Positions 47,953 to 61,800 of a stretch of 64,000 nucleotides of DNA are shown here, piece after piece (position 1 is the stretch's first letter; each line of letters starts with the position of its first letter). The DNA is taken from assembly GCA_039621445.1 (NCBI GenBank), contig CP154954.1, positions 44,433,847 through 44,497,846 of the forward strand. The letters run 5' to 3'. A program made the position numbers and the translations under genes. The notes below the pieces were generated by a model, which saw nothing but the letters and a program-made list of their open reading frames with translations, was not told the origin of the DNA and ran no database searches. This stretch comes from Euglena gracilis (lineage: Eukaryota).

Positions 47953-49836
47953 ATGGGAATGTGGGAAGAGGCATCAGCTGATTCATCCCCATGTGGAAAC
48001 GTCTTGTACCTGAACCCACACAAGGGCTTCCAACATACTGAGATGAAAAACCGCCTCAGACACAATCTGCTGTCCCCTGCAACCTGCAATCGTGCGCCAT
48101 GTGGCAGGGTCTTATCCTCATCTGGGCACGTTCTGGCTGGGGACTTCTTAGGGGCATTCCGTTGGAAACAAATTGCATTCCTCCCCCCTTGTCCTTGACC
48201 TTGACACGCCAAAATGCGGGGAAAGTGCAGTTGACGGGGGGGGGGGGGGGTGTCATGGACACCGTGTCATGTGCACTGTGCCTTAAAGAAAATGGCATTT
48301 TGGGTATGGGGAAAATGCCGTTGACACAGGGGTGTGTGTCATGGACCAGCCGTGTCAAGGACAGGGGGGAGGGGTGTACCGTTTCCCCCTTCCTGGAAAT
48401 TCCGAAGACTTTTGCTCAGTGTGCTCACCATGGATTCTGTGCAGGGTCGAAATCAGCGAAAAGGGGCTAAATGTTTGGGTTTGATTTGAAACCAACTGGT
48501 GCAAAAAGGTCCAAAAACGTTTAGGTGAAACGGGAAAAGGCTTGAACACTGTCCCGTTGTGCTTCATTGTGAGGAGTCGAAGAGTAAAATGACCGAAAAT
48601 GGGGAGGGGGCGAGGATGAAAAGTGGGAGGGGGAACTGCGTATCGCAAAAAAATTCCCTTCCTCGCTGGAAGGCAAAGAGACGACAAAGACGCCCCAAAA
48701 ACGACGAAAACATTGGGGCCAGGAAATTTCTTAAGAAAGAACCCCCTGGGTGGGTCACGCCGGCCGGCTGGAAAAAGGGGGTTCAGGGAGGTGGTTCCAA
48801 CCTGGCTACCAGGCTAGACTCGCCTGGAACCTGAAAACAGGCGAAAAGCCCAAATCCAGGTGGGTATATTTTTTTCGGCTAAATTTTCAAGGTGAAAAAC
48901 CAAAGAGTACCAAAAATAGACATTCTTGGCCATTTTTTTGTCCCACTTCCCAACACCAACAACTTTGGACAATTCTCCCACCTAGGTCACAGGTCGGCTC
49001 ATGACAAAAACCCAGAAACTTTTTAAGATGTGTTTGACCCTGACAAGTTTTGCAGGCGGACTCATTTCCATATGGGGGGGGGGGGCAGCTTGATCAGGGG
49101 GGCAGCTTGATCAGTACCAAGAAACATAACCTGGGAAGGACCTGACAGGTTTGGAGGGGGGACCAAATAACTCTACAAATTGTTGGCAAATTATGGTGAA
49201 ATGTGGACCGGGAAACTCAAATTGATTGGCAATGAAACCTGAAAATGGCACATATGAACGGCCAGGGCGGCGGCTATATATGGGTTGTTGGTTGTGGAAG
49301 GCATCAGTTATTAAAGAAGCTGGCTTTCCTGCGGGCCATGTCTGGGAATTGCACACAACTGGGGAAACACAAGGCCCATTTTAGGAAGGCGAAAACGTGA
49401 TTTCAGCCCAGAATTCTACACATCAGTTTGATTTGGACATGTATTTAAAATGAAAATATACAAAAGAAAATAAAATCTAAATAAAACAAGACAAATTAAA
49501 ATATTTCTTCCAACGAGATTTTTAGAAAACGAGGTGGCTGTCCCGTCTTGATAGATTGGAACCTTAATGATCCCCCCCCAAAAGCTGCTGTGATTTGGCC
49601 TGTTTGATACATTGTTTGATCTGGACATTCTCACAGAAAAAGCGACTTGAGCTTGAAGGTCACTGTTAAATTTTATGAATTCGTGAGTCAAAAAAAAACA
49701 ACATGCAAAAAAAGGAACATCAGAAATTTTCATTCCTCCTCTCCCCGCATGGAATGCAAGTACCTTCCTCCGTGTGACTGTCCAGGCCATCGCCCTGTCC
49801 GGCTGTGTTGTGCTGTGCAGTCACGGCCAGCATTCG

Positions 49837-52800
49837 TCAGCAGGGGCGGACCGCATCTACACCGTCCTCCTCCTCATCCTCCTCGTCCTCCTCGGGGGCG
49901 GTGGTCACGCCACCGGGGGTGTGCCACGTCATGACGGTGTCCGGCCCGGAGGAGGACACCTCGGGGCCGTCGGGGTCCACCAGGCGGAGCAGCTCGTACA
50001 CGCTCATCCCCATCGCCAGCGGCAGGCAACCCACCACAGTTGGGAGTGCATGGCATGCACCTCCAGACACATGGGATTTTGGTGGTGTTGTCGGGATTTG
50101 TCAGGATTTGTCGGCTTGAGCTTGAGCTTGAGCTGCAGATCGTGGGGAGAGCAAATACACAATGGCCACTGGTGTGAGGGAGAGGTGGACTAAAAAATGC
50201 ATTTTCATTGCACCTTGTCAAAGAACCAGGGAAAAAATATAAAGAATCAAAACGTGCAAAGATAAAATAGCAACCGGTCTGGGAAAGAAACATTCCACGT
50301 TTTCATAAAAAAAACGTACACATAATTATTTTCCGGGTGATGGTTTTTGTTTCAACCTCTCCCATCGGGGCAAGCTTTGGAAAATCATCAAGACGGGTCA
50401 GCCACCACTGCACACGCCCAGTGGTGGTTTCAGGAGGTTGCTGGGTCGCTTGTCATCGCTTTCATCAAGTCCCAAAGCGACAAAAAATGCTCCAGTGCGG
50501 ATCAGATCTTGTAACTTTTGCTGCCCTGAAAAATAGTAAATGAGGTGTAAAAACTTTCAAAACCGCGTTATACCTGCCACGTACACCTTTGGCAACCATG
50601 TTCCCAATAAATTCTTTGCATCCACGAGAGAAAAAGAAGGTTTCTCACCATCGACGACCATATATTTGTTGTGCATTTTGTCATTTTGCTTTTTTTTCAC
50701 TTTTTTTGTGTCAAAAGGTCCAAAGCCCATTGAAGCGTGAATCCAGTCAAACAAAGGAAGAACCAACCCCAAAAAGGCCGATGGTCTCTGGAAAGATGGA
50801 CATTTTTGTTTCTAAAGGGCTGCAGTTCGGTAAAGATGTTGGCAAAGCTTTTGCAGCCTGCAACATTCCAATGTCAAGAGACATTTGGTGTTGTACTGGC
50901 AACCAAAGCTGCACGCTCCACCCTTTTCTTCACCATTTGAGCATGACTGCTCTCGACCCATCTCTTTTCATCGCCCACACCCCTTGAATATCCAACACAA
51001 TGACTTGATTGTATTCATTGAAGTAACCAGAGACTTTGCACACAACTTGCAATAAACCTTGCCTGGGGGGGAGGAAATTGAGACACTGTTGGACAGAGGT
51101 GCACACCTGAAATACTGTGTCCATGTGGATCGCTCTCAGCAATATCTGTCCAGCCTTCAGAATGGCGATATGCCACCCACTCAGCAACACTTCGACGTGA
51201 TGCATGAGTGCTCATGAGAAGACAAAGAGTCTTGGAAGAAAGCCAGACAGAGAGAGAGAGAGAGAGAGAGGAAATTGCACGGTACCAATCAAGTAAAACC
51301 ATCCCACTCACTTGGGAACAGGCACCTATGGTCACTTCCCATTTTGGTGCTCTGGTCGGCCCTGGTCGGCCCTGGTCGGCAAATAGTCGGCCATAGGTGG
51401 GGGTATCCTTCACAGAAAAAATGTGAAGGGATGCAATGATTTTCTGAATTGTCTCGCCAAGATCAAAAGGAAGTGCCCCATAAGGCCTCCATTGGCTCCC
51501 CAAAAGCAACCAAAATGACCTAAAATGGCTTGAAATAACCAAAAATTACCCAAAAGCGCCAACAAAATCCACAAAAGATTGTGAAAAGTGACCCAAAATT
51601 ACCAAAAGGGCGCAAAATGGCCTAAATGCCATAAAAAAACGCTCAGATTGACCCAAATTAGCCCAATAATTGCCAAATCAGTGACAAATAGCCCCCAAGT
51701 TAGCAAAAACTGGTCCATAATGGTCAAAATGGGTGTAAAACTGGAGATTAGTGAGAAAATTATCCAAAAGTTCTTCAAAATATACAAAAAAAAATGCCAG
51801 CATCACCCAGCATCGCCCAGCAACACCCTGCATCGCCCAGCATCGCCCAGCATCGGAACCCCACCTCTGGTCTCCAAAAATCCAGCATCACCCTGCATCG
51901 CCCAGCATCATCAGAGGTGCTTGTTCCAGAGGGAAAGCTGCCGAATTCCTTCATCCATTACCCTTCGGTCGGCCAACCACATGCAAATCGGCCCTGGTCG
52001 GCCCTGGTCGGCCCTGGTCGGCCATGGTCGGCCCTGGTCGGCCCTGGTCGGAACCCCCACCTACGGGGGTCCTGAAAATCATAATCGGCCCTGGTCGGCC
52101 CTGGTCGGCCCTGGTCGGCCCTGGTCGGCCGTAGGTGCCTGCTTGGGAACACTGGCCATTCCTTTTACCCTTTAATGGCTTTTTTGCAAAAAAAAATTCC
52201 GGTGTTGTCGGGATTTGTCGGGATTTGTCGGGATTTGTCGGGATTTGTCGGGATTTGTCGGAATCCCCACCTCCAGAAGGCCAAAAATGTGTTGTCGGGA
52301 TTTGTCGGGATTTGTCGGGATTTGTCGGGATTTGTCGCTGGAGGTGCTTGGTGCATGCCAAGGCGCTGGAAGGCTTTTTGGCCAACTTTTCCAGTGGGAC
52401 CGGGGTTCGAATGCCCACCCCTCAACAGGTGGGAAATTCTTTTGGCCAACAGCGCATATGTCAAAAAAAAAGCAAAAAAAAAATGGGGGAAAAAGCAGAC
52501 CGAAAATTTTTTCTGAAAAAAAGACTGATATGGGTACTTCCAGATATGCTTTTGGGCATTTGACCTGAATGGCTGCGCACCCCTATGCAATGGATTCAAA
52601 TCAGTGCAAATCAGCGGTCTAATTGATAAGCAGTTCAAAATTCGCCAGTTTTTTTGCAAGAAATATCAACCACTAATTTTTCCACAAACTTACCACTGAA
52701 TCATACCAAATAGCACTGCTGGATGAATGGGGAGGGCAGAGGCGGTCGCCTGAACTTGCCCTTCAGGTAAACGCCGTCCAGCCTCCGGGTAAAATCCAGG

Positions 52801-55800
52801 CTGCTGTCTGGACCTGAGCATCTGAACTGGACCCCTAACCCCCAAACCCCCCAAAAGCAAAGATAACAAGATCCCATTTTGTGGCTCAAGGAAGAACATT
52901 GAAACTGTGCAACTGTTCGCAGTGGCAGGGGGGGGGGGTGTGGGGCTCCGTCTCCTCAAACCCCCCAGAAGCTCTATAATAATAATGATGATAATAATAA
53001 CAAGAACAAGTTGTCATCTCAAAAGTGTGCAAGTTGCAAAAAAAAATTTTAATCTGATGTGAGTTTCCTGCCTACCCCACCCACCCTTGCCCTCCTTCAC
53101 CCCCTCCCTGGCCACTCCTCACTTCCTTCGGCCATATGTGTGGAACCCTTCGCAATGTTGTTTGCCTGGTCGGGATTTCCGGTGGTTGGAAAGCCCCCCC
53201 CCGGCAGGGCTGTACGGGACGGCCTGGTGGGGAGGGTGGTCGACCCCCACCTGCGAGGTGGGGGGGGGGCGACCCCCCGTTTCAATGGACAAGGAGAAAG
53301 TTCTTTTCGGTGCCTTTAGCGCAAAAGCAAAAAAAATGACCTAAAAATCGGCGCCCCCAGAAATACTGGAAGGAGTGGGGAGGGGTTCGAACCCCCACCC
53401 ATCAGGATAGGGGGGAGGGGAACTCAGGCTGGCAAAATTTGGCCATAGGTGAGGTGTATGGCCATTTCAGGCTGTTTTTGGCCCCTTTGGTAATTTCACC
53501 GCTGTGGCCGATTCTTTTTGAACCACTTTTGGTGTTTTTTTTTGAAAAATGAAAACGAAGTCAAATTAATTACTTCCATAACTTTAGAACCAACATCACA
53601 TCCAGAAAATTAATCGCATCTGACCAAGGGTGGCCCGAAGTTTATGTCAGCAGACCCGGGGGGGGGGGTCCATACCCGGCTGGGAGCTGTTGGCTGGGAA
53701 AGAAAAAGTGCTGGGTAGACCCCCGGGGGTGGGGGGTCTGGGGGAGGGGCAGGGCAGAACGGGAAGAGCTGGTGGGGGGTGACCCCCCACCCGGGAGGGG
53801 GGTGGGTCGACCCCCCCCCACCCACCACAGCATTTTCACCGATTTCGGGAAAACGGGGATTTTGGCCAGAAAAAATTTGATTTTTTTTTAAAAAAAGGAC
53901 CCAAAACACATCATTTTTTGATGGAAAACCACAAAATCTCAAAAAATTCAGGGTTGAGAATTGGTAGTTTTTAGGGGGGGGGTGAAAAAAACGAAGGTCA
54001 AAAAAATAAGACCAAATTTTGGCACAATCAAATTTTACTAACATTTTTTCTCTTTGAATTTTTTTTGGACTTTCAATGGCATTTTTTGCTTCAAACACCT
54101 CTCAAAACCAAAATTTTGAGAAAATGTTGAATTTCTAGAATGTGTGAAAAAAATGGGGTTTTGGGTGGTTTTTGGGGGGACCCCGTACATGGGTCCCAAA
54201 ATGGGTCAAAAAAAAACACCCGGCGCCGAAGGCACCGAAAAAATTTTTCGGGTCCAAAAATTGGTGCTCCCGGAAATACAGGAAGAGGTGGTGGGGGGGG
54301 GTCGACCCCCCCCCCACCCACACCCTGGCTGTTCGGCCGACTAGGGGGGCAGGGCTGTACAGGAAGAACTGGTGGGGCACTGAGCGAGGAAAATGTTGAA
54401 ACCGGTGGGAAACACAAGCTTGCCTGGTGGGGGGGGGGTCGGACCCCACCAGGGACCCGTCGGGTTTTGAGGATTCCCATGCAGCCCTGTCGGAGGGGAT
54501 CGTTGGGACGTTGTTGGACAACCCAAAACAAGCCGCTGGACAAATGAGTGATCCTTAACGATTATCTTGGATTTCAAAGAGAATATTAACATAGAATACA
54601 AAAAAAAATATAATATTATTGGTTTCTTCCAGAAATGTCAGAAAGCGGGCTTCAACTTCATTATTCAATACATTACCCACCCCTGAGCAACCACTTTCAA
54701 TTCCATGAATAATGTGCTGGATGTTGCTGCTGCTGGTTGTTGGGAGGGGGGGGGACTTTGAGCAGACCTCAACAGGAGCCTCGACACCACCCGCCGCTCC
54801 ACCGCGGCGTGCAGCTGCGGCCCGATGAGGATACGCGTCTTGCGCTCCTTGTTGAGCCCCTCCAGCCGGCTTGGCCGCAGGCCCGCCCCTGGTCCTTCTC
54901 CAGACAGCTGCGACTTTCCACAAGTGCCCGACAGCCACTTTGTGGTGGCTGGCACTGAACTCCTCCGAATTAAAGCAAACTGATGCTTCAACCTGGGTCT
55001 CGCTAGTAACTGCTTAGGCGACCCATCTCGCACTTAAGCTTTGTTTTCTTTGACAAGGTATGACCCCAAAAACCCAAAAATGTAGGCAGGATGTGATGTG
55101 GTGCCCCAGGACATCAACCATTTGTGCAACTGTAAAAAGTCCAATGTGTGCCAGCTGAAATTGATGTGTTTGTAAAATTGTACAAGTGGTTGGTTTGTGG
55201 AAATACGAAAACAGACTTTTTGGTCGGTTTGCGCATCTGCTCACACGGACCTCTGGTACAACTTAACACACGTACCATTCAGAGGGTGTGGCACCACTGC
55301 AGTTTTGAAATCCTTAAATGTGAGGCATTCTGTACAACTTAAGTGCAACTAAAGAACCAGCCTGCGGGCCCGACTTCGGGCATCGGCAATTGAAGCTCTG
55401 AAAAACCATCTCTTAGCCCCTGAAACATCAAAATAAACAACATTTTCAGGTTTTACCCTGAAGAACTGAGTTTAGAGGTGCACCCCCAGTATTTCAGTCC
55501 GAAAATGAGGCACAGTGCATTGGCTGAAAATGGATGTGTCTGCTGACTTGAAAATCCCTGTGTTCAGGGGACCATATAATGTAATACACTGACACGCTTC
55601 ATCTGACCTTCTCAGAAATACCTTACAACACAACCACTTTGAGCACAACCTCCATCCACAATCCACTCTCCTCCTGTTTCGATCTTTCTCTTGCCTCAGA
55701 AGTCCCTGTTGCCAAAACATCAAAATGAAAAAGAATTTTGGTTGGTGCCAACAGTTGTGAAGAGCGACCATTTTAATGGTTGATGTGCAGATTTGAGCAA

Positions 55801-58800
55801 ACCAACTACCCAAACATACCAGCAGCATTCAACAGAGGGGTCCAGTGCCACAAGAATACAAGGGAGGTAATATCACGATGTTGTCACATTCATTTTCCAG
55901 CTCCAAACACACTGCCATTGGAGGCTCTTGGTTGGTTTTAAAGTGGTCGGTGTGCGCAAATGTGCACAAATGCGCACATCGTCCATGTGCGCATTTGCGC
56001 ACACCGACATCATTTACTCTGTTGTGTGGGTGCCACAGAGCCTTATAAATCAGTGGGGCATTGATGGGCAACTTGCCACCTAATTCAACAGGAAACTGGT
56101 GGCAGTCCTCCTGTGTTATGTATCCCCCTCATCAATCAATCAATCAATCAATCCCCAATAGCAGAGTTTTCTTTCTGTCCACTGTTTATGTGGCATGTGC
56201 TTCCACTCCTTTCATAACCAACTTCCAAAACCTGCACAACGTGCCGCATAACTTCAGAAAGCAAGCAAAGGGGTGGACCTGCCACCCCGCTTCCAGAGCA
56301 CCACCTGCCGCTGGCACTTGTTCACACAGGGAATGGGGGGTGGCGGTACTGGGGTTTTGGTGCTTTTGTCGGTGTTTTTTTTTTACTTTGGGGGGATAGG
56401 TCCGGGTTTTTTGTGTCATTCCGAACTCAAAAAAAAAAACTGCAAAAAACATCTAACTCCTGGGAGAGCCGGTGCCATAAACAATAATCCGCTCATATTC
56501 AGTCCAATCCTGTTGCCTTTCGCTCTCACCCCTTGTAACGCCGGTGCTCAAAGTGGTTTTTGGGTCGGTTTGCGCAAATGCACAAATCAACCAAAAAAAT
56601 ACAAAAATCAGCCCATGAAATTTTCGGTGGATTATCAATACTCCACGGAACTATCAGAGTCATGACAAATTGAGCCCAGGTATTCTGGATTCGTGGCAGT
56701 CCATCCGCCCCAGGCCATTTTGGCAACTTTTTCCCCGACAACACTGGACACCGAAATTGATTTCCCATTTTCTGTACCCATGTTCCAGCCAATAAATGCC
56801 TGTCATGCAAAATAAAAGTGGTTACTTTTGGACATGGTTCACCATCAGTGCTGCCAGCATTGGCATCAGTTTGTAATGAAAAATGGGCAGCATACTCCAA
56901 GGCACTAATGTTTTCTAATTCACCACCCCGTAAAGCATAATTGTATGCCGCGGGGAAGCCCACGATTATTGACTTTCCTTCATGCAAAAGGGAAACCAGT
57001 TCTGTTGTGCCCACCTCTTCTACAAAAGGGTCATCCAAATTGTCCATCCCACGAGAATCCATTAGGATGGCAGTTGCATCAAGCATTCTCCTGTCCTCCC
57101 CATCTCCATCTTTATTGGTGTTCTCAGCACATTCATTCTGAGATTCCTCATGTTCGCTATCATCCTCATCATCGTCATCATCATTGTCCATTTCATCGGC
57201 AATGTCATTGTCATTGTTCTCATCACGAATTTGGGCTGCTCCATCAATATTGCATAGTTCATCCCCCTCTCCGCCGATGTTTGTAGCCCCACTCACACAG
57301 ATTGTGTCTTCATTCGTTTTTTTGTCACCGAGTTGTTCCACATTTGGAAAAAGTGCTGGCAAATTGGAGATATAATGCCAAGGATTTACCATCACAAATT
57401 TATGGGAAGCGTGCCACGACGGAAAACCTAGTACTGCCGTTGCTGCCATTTGGGCTCCCACTTCAATTTTTCTATCCATGGCATTAACAACGCGTTTCAA
57501 AAGTGCGGCATAATCTTCCTTGTCTTGTATTTTGTGTCCCAGGCGTTCCTCAACTTCATCCATGACATGACGCAGAACAGATAAAACGCCACCCAGTTTT
57601 ACTGGGTTTTTTGTGCAATATCCCACAACGTAATTTGCCAGAGCAAGCACCCCAACCTCTCCACCGAGAATTTGGGCATTTGAGTTACATGCAAGGACAA
57701 AAGAAACAATTTTGCTGCAATCGACGACGCGACCATCACATTTGTGTGGTCGCTTTGTTTCCCAAACCACTAAATGGCTGTCAATTGTCGGATCCTGTGC
57801 AATGTTTGCAACGTGTTCCAACGGAATTTCTTGTAAATCATGTCCACCAGTATCCACTTTACGTGCCACAAAAAGGTGGGGTCTTGTTTCATCTGAAAGC
57901 AACCCACACGCACGTGGCATGCCAAAACGACAACCAAACTTGCCAGCAGGTGGCTTTCCACAACTAGGTATGAAACAACGGTGTATTTGCAGGGCCCCCA
58001 TGACTTCCTCTGCAAATTTTGTAATGGACATATACGCGTCCTGTACATTTTCGGGCAATGGGGGCAAATATTCCTTTTCTTCCAACATTCTGGGCGCTGG
58101 ACAATGCTCCCTTTGCCTTTGCTCCCATTTCTCATGCACTACGTTGGATAAACTGGTGCTTATTTGAGAATCCAGAGCCCTTGCTGCAACCTTGATTGTT
58201 TCTTCATCGTGAATGATTGAATCCAATACATGCGGAGGAATTCCTCCCCAGAATACCCCATGCCCGTGCAACGAACCTCGAGATTGAGCCTCGGTGCAAA
58301 TAACTGCAGCTACTGGTGTCCCATGCATGCCAACTTTTCTGGAACACGTGGATTCATGTTTTCGAGTAGTTTGTGCATCGGGCACTCTCAATAAAACTTT
58401 CATGAAGGCGAGCACTTGTCTCTCAAATATCCTTGCAGCAGCCACTGGGTTGTTGGAAATTGCAGCAAATTTTTCTGACGTTTCCGGCATTTTTAGTGAT
58501 AATTTGGCCTTGCCCAAACACAATGCTAATGTCAACATGTTATCCACGTCATTTGGGGCAAATGTGAAAAAAACGGATGGCATCCCAAACCATGCAAGCA
58601 TTGCTTGCATTTTTCCGAGAGTGGCGTACCTTTCGGAAGAACCGAATGGTACAATGCTATGACAAGTGCGGATGATTGGCAAAAACTCCATCAGCAATTT
58701 TGTAGCCAACGAACCCGTAGGGTTCTTCATTGCCTCTGCCAAGCGTTCTTTAAAATCAACACTATTCACGGCGTTTTCAAAACGAGTCAAAAACGAAGGG

Positions 58801-61800
58801 GTTGCTTTGAGGCGACGACTTATACTCCGGAGAGCCATGTGCCTTAATTTTTGATTAAAAAGGAGCAAGACAAAATCTCTGTTTTCCGAAAACCTGTGAT
58901 CATATTGATACAACAGATGACGCACAGTCTCGGTATTTAACCCACTGTTTTTTTCAATGCCTTGATATGTCATGAACAACGTGGGAAATGATCCTCGTGC
59001 AATTAAATCTTCAAAACACACAACGGGACCAACATACGAGGGAGGAAATGAATGCTTCCATCAATTGTTCCGAGTTGGTGAATGTATCAGATTGCGTTCC
59101 AAAGGTGGCTGCGAATATTTGGAAGGCAAAGGGGGATGGTTCTTGTTTTTTTTATTGCGTGCTGGGTTCAAATGAGCCCAGGGATGCAATACAATGCAAT
59201 ACATCTCCATTGGCGGGATTGTGTAAACTTTTGCAATGTGGTTCATGCAATTTTCGATGTGCATCCTTCGTCCATGTGCGCCCACATCCCATACGACACG
59301 CATATAATCCAGAATGCTGTAATATTGTTGCACAAATTTTCTCGTGCTCGTTCCGTGCTTTCCTACACTGAAATTTTAAAACATTGTCTGCCCCAGGTTT
59401 CAATACTTTGTCTGCTCCCTTCCCATCGTACGATATCCCCACCTGCAAATACAAGTTTTGTAAATGCTTGAAAGTCATTGGCATGGACTTGTGTTGGCAC
59501 ATATAATTCACCAGCTGCGCACGGGGAAGTAAGGAGCGCAATCTTCGCACAATCGTGCAAAGATCATCATTACTCCTGAGTTGAATGAGGCGTATGTCCT
59601 CTGTACGTCTGACCCGACTGATACCAACATAAAACGCATTGTATGACAAAGTGGGAGTTATCGGATGGTCAACACATAAAATAATTTTGTCCAATGTTCG
59701 ACATTGGACACCATGAAAAGTTGTTGCAAACAACAAATTAAAAGGATGTGCCATCACTGTCACAATGCCCCTTTTTTTGGACGATAGATGCATGTACCGC
59801 GCAACGTTAACCTCCCGTGGCATAGAAAACAAGGGAATGATTCTTCCACCCTCCTCTGTGACGCCAAGAGCAGCATCGCCTGTCACCTCACCGGAAACAA
59901 CTACATTTACAGCATAAGGGGGGTATTCCAACGTTATAATTTCCCCCGGCAATGCCCCCGAAATCCTTTCCAACGTCTCCTGGAGGTCATGTTCATTCAG
60001 CACGAGGGAATGGATAAAAGCCCTTGTTCCATTTGACAACCCTCGTTCCGGCCGTATGTTGTATGTCAAAGTGATAGGACAACCTTCCACAACATATGCC
60101 CATAAATCCTTCACTTTGGCGTACATGACATTTTGTAAATCTTCACCAATGCAGGCGGCAAAATCATTTTTCAATGGTAACTTCCATTTTATTATGGGTT
60201 TTCTCATGCTTTCAGCACATAACCGAACCATGACTTCATTCACCATGTGTACACACTTTCGGTCTGTGGAGACAATAAGGGCATTTGACCACGACCTGTC
60301 CCTTTGAAAATCAGAGGCTGTTATCATTTTCAACGATGCCAAAAATGTGTCTCGCGCCTGCAGTCCTTGTAGTGAAAAATTCCGGTAAGCTGCCACTGCA
60401 GCCATGTGCTCAGGATCCTTTGCTCTGTGTTGGGTGTTGAGGCTGAGGACTTTGAAGGATTGAAACAACGTATAGCCTTCTAATGCATCCAACATTCCTG
60501 CAAATTGTGTCTTAGGTTTGATGTATAGATCTCCCCCACCAACTGGGGGAATTTGAACGAAATCACCCATTAGAACCACACCCATTCCCCCGAATGGTTC
60601 AGTGTTGTTGTCGCACACTTTGCGCATGCGCTTGTCAATGTCCCGCAACATTTTGCAGGTCAACATGGACATTTCATCAATGAGAAGCACTTTGCAACCT
60701 GTGAACTGGGATCTCAAACGGTATAATTTTTCCCTTCCTCCATCCTGTGCAGTGTCATTCATACCTTCCTCTCCATACACACTCAACCCCACTGCATGGT
60801 GGCACGTTGACCCTCGATGCAAATTGCATGCAGCAACCCCAGAAGGGGCCATGAAGCGCAAAACATTTGAACCAAATGCCATGGACAGCCGGTTATGCAA
60901 TTCCCTTGCCATTGTGCTTTTGCCTGTTCCAGGTCCAGCATGTACTACGACGAGTGGAGCGGTTGTTTTGCATGATGGATCTGCAATGCAAACAAGTTGC
61001 ACGTAATCCGTAATCATTTTTACGAAACTTTCTTGTTCCTCCGTCAAAAGCACACTGCTTTGACCACATAGGTGTACTGTGGCTGGGTTTGTTCCCACCC
61101 GGGAACCGAGTTCTGCGCGCGGAAAATCATCGCTTTTCAATGCCAGGTACGTCTTATTCAAAGTATCTGATAAGGGAACCTTAGGATCAAATGGGTTTGC
61201 ATTGTTAATGTGCAATGCGAAGCACTTGCTAGTTGTTGGAGATGGCATTGGCTGTCCGTGTTCTTCCCCATGTCTGGCGAAGGTTTTCAATAGCACATTA
61301 ACCAACCGTGGCTCGTCATGGTCGCTTTCGTTGAAACCTTCGTTGCTAAATTTCTGCATGGCCTCATGAAGGTTGTGCAGGGTGTCGTGAAAATGCTGAA
61401 TTTTTGTACAATGCCTCATTTCTTGCATTGCACTTCTTTCTGCCAAAGCATCAAAATTTATGTCCAGTGGGTGCGCAGTACCCCACTTCTTTTGGTTTCT
61501 GTTTCTGATTATGGCAGAAAGAATCGAAGATTTTTGTGAAACGGTGGTTAGGCTTTTCAACCTCTGAACATAAGCAACCCGTGCACGATCTACATATGGT
61601 GCATCTTTTTCTCCTGCACACTGTTCCCACTGCGAGATGCGCGCCTAAGAACTGGGTCTCGCCAGTAACTGGGACTCGCCAGTACCGCTGCTTCAGATTC
61701 GAGGGGCAGAATGGTGGGGCCGGGCCTGGCCGCCACGTTGACCACGTCGCCCACCACGGTGTAGTTCATGCGGTGCCGCGAGCCGAAGATGCCCGCGTGG

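Larger units (their letters stand above)
55013..61649 (-). mobile_element. TIR- and TSD-bounded element carrying permuted Helitron-type helicase and Rep ORFs
   Basis: Left cttaggcgacccatctcgca, right tgcgagatgcgcgcctaag; aactg duplicated at 55008-55012 and 61650-61654; located in a cyclase B intron. Confidence 0.8.

Noticed and set aside
55013-61649. Canonical Helitron or Polinton/virophage
   Set aside because: No TC..CTRR ends or Rep-Hel order; no pPolB, integrase, ATPase or capsid ORF is visible.
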